This document shows positions 62,101 to 64,000 of a DNA stretch of 64,000 nucleotides, piece after piece. Source of the stretch: Eutreptiella sp. 'Long Island Sound 2002'. Lineage: Eukaryota; Protista; Euglenida. A model generated the notes under the pieces. It saw only the letters and a list, made by a program, of their open reading frames with translations. It was not told the origin of the DNA and searched no databases. The position numbers were made by a program, and so were the translations under genes. Location of the stretch: NCBI GenBank assembly GCA_964036045.1, contig OZ038378.1:15004001-15068000 (forward strand), in the 5' to 3' direction. Each line of letters opens with the position of its first letter. Position 1 is the first letter of the stretch.

Positions 62101-62299
62101 GGTGCAAATTTCAATGTCCCACAGTGGCGTTAACGATGGTGGCTAGTGGCGCTGATGATGGTGGCTGTGACTTCGCTGGCGTGGTTGGTTGTGTTGCCGG
62201 CGGCGTGTAGGCTTCCTTCCCGGCGGGTGGGGCCGACTCTAGCTGTGACATTTGTCCCTCCTCCTAGCCCCAAATAGATTCTTCCTCCGGGTCCGGGCC

Positions 62300-63400
62300 C
62301 TAATCCTCCTGGCCGCAATTGGTCAGGGCCCTAATCCTCCGGGGGGGGGGGGGGGGGCGCACGGACACCTGCCAGAACAGTAGGGGGAAGCGACGATGTC
62401 CCACATCAGCCGGGTGGTCCGCCCGTTCATTGCCTTTGATGCCAACACGGGAGGGAATGTGCAGCCACTTTACCGCGTCTCCGAATTGCTCGACGAGGTC
62501 CAGAATTGCTGTCCACAGGTCCACATGTTTTCGTGCACCGGACGTGTTTTGCCATTTGTGTCGGCGCCACCGCTGTGCTCAACCTAGCACCCCATTGACC
62601 ACCAGCAGTGAGTTCCGGCAGATGAGGGAGCGGTGTTTTGCCCGGTGCCCCTGCAGGCTACACAGCGCTGCCTGCGGTTCGCCTCGGCTGTTGGTTTGGT
62701 CCTCCCCAAGGGGAATGTACTCCACCACATCGCGATGGTCCCCAAAGGATACGCCATACCCCCACCCACCCACCCACCCTTTCTCCGGGTGTTTTTCTGA
62801 GGAGCCATCCGGGTAGATGATGTCCCATCCCTGGTTTTATTATGAGTTGATGATGGTTTCATATTGGGCCGCTAGGGCTGCGGCATTGTCGAATTTTTAC
62901 TTCCTTTTGCATGCAGGGACGAACAATTTTTTTTGGGGGGGGGTGTTTGATATTGCCACTTTGGGGTGCTGCAGCACTGTGTTGTGACTCATGGATTGGA
63001 GCGCATGCACCAGTAGGGCAATTTCCTCCCTCGGCAACGTCGGGGTGGGGTGTTCCTCCCACCCCTGCAACACCTTCACCCACAGGGTTAGGAAGAGGTC
63101 CCACGTGCGACGGCCCATACGGCCGTTGTGCTTGTGCACGCATTGCTGGGACCACGCCGCCCTTACCGCTGACCATAGCGTAACGCCAAGGGGGGTGGTT
63201 AGGGACAGTTCGGGCTGCTCCCAAAGAATGACACTGGGATCCGTTGTCGGGCCATGGTCAATGGACGCAGGGCCCACGCATTGTGTCGCCACGTGGGCTG
63301 CCACCGAAAAGAACTTGCACCCCGTTACTGCATGTTGCATGGTTTCCAAGGACCCACACGACCGCGCGCACCCACACAGCGAACAGCAACATCAATAGCG
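62300..63400 (-). pseudogene. 3-prime part of a non-LTR retrotransposon ORF with a C-terminal RNase H1-type domain
   Basis: GYGVSFG ... PLGEDQTNSRGEPQAAL and DLWTAILDLVEQFGDAVKWLHIPSRVGIKGNERAD; upstream WSAVRAAWSQQC; frameshifted. Confidence 0.65.
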
Positions 63401-64000
63401 CAAGCAAGAGCACCCTGAACCCTCGTATGGCCAGTAGCAGCCTCGCGCTATGCGGTGGTCAAGCCGGAGGAGTACGACACGCATCCGGTGGGCCGACGCA
63501 CCCTTTTGAAGGCACCCGACGGAGCTTCCTCGCCGGCTCTGTCTCGCTTGAACTTGGGGACCAGTCGCAACACGGTTGGCGCTCCATGGGCGGAGTTGCC
63601 GCCCGTCGACGTTGAGGTTTCCGCGGGAGCCAGCACTTGCTGCCGGCCCAGGCGTTGGGCCTCTGGTGTCGCCGGGTTGCTGCCCCCCCCCCCCCCTCCC
63701 CGCGCCCTCCGCTGTCTAGCGAGCTGTCCCTTGGGCCGCAGCCGGCCCCCAACCACCCGCGAAGACTCCCAGCCCCCGGACGGCTGCTCGGCTGCTTGCA
63801 CTGCCCGCTGCGGCCTGAAGGCCACGTGTTCTTTTCTCTGCCTCCACTGTTCCCGGACCCCGGATGGCCACAGCTGCTCGAGCCGGAGGGACACAGTACG
63901 GCTTCGCCACCGGCCTCCCGCCCCTTCTCGCGGCGGTCTCGGCCAGAAGTCTTCGGCCTCCGCCGCCGACTCCGGGTAGTAGCGCGCCAGCCACTGCAAC

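Overview
Repeat-dominated eukaryotic nuclear DNA, most likely from a euglenid (Euglenozoa). This is inferred from a euglenid spliced-leader-like sequence, a euglenozoan-style Fe-SOD and a VIPER/TATE-type retroelement. Intact coding sequence: an intronless Fe-superoxide dismutase present twice (22685-23305, 29873-30493) inside a near-identical ~5.9 kb duplication, a stand-alone Plus3-domain ORF, an intronless BTB-BACK protein with USP7-like UBL domains, and a probable receiver-domain exon. A complete 5103-bp tyrosine-recombinase retrotransposon (gag-YR-RT/RNaseH, split direct repeats) sits in the second duplicate, so its empty and filled sites can be compared directly; the crossover core is GTTT. 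The rest is decayed YR-retroelement, LINE and DDE_Tnp_4 fragments, a TA-flanked foldback MITE, satellites and dispersed repeats. The most unusual signals are three. (1) A relict spliced leader lies in the genome just before the SOD start codon, suggesting a retrogene. (2) An irregular array of 13 conserved 20-40 bp palindromes (AGTTTCACTGT-NN-ACAGTGAAACT) separates decayed gene-like segments at 10.3-13.9 kb. (3) Mobile-element ORFs are repeatedly broken by TAG codons explainable as C-to-T in CAG context, hinting at CWG methylation. No database searches were run; family calls rest on remembered motifs.
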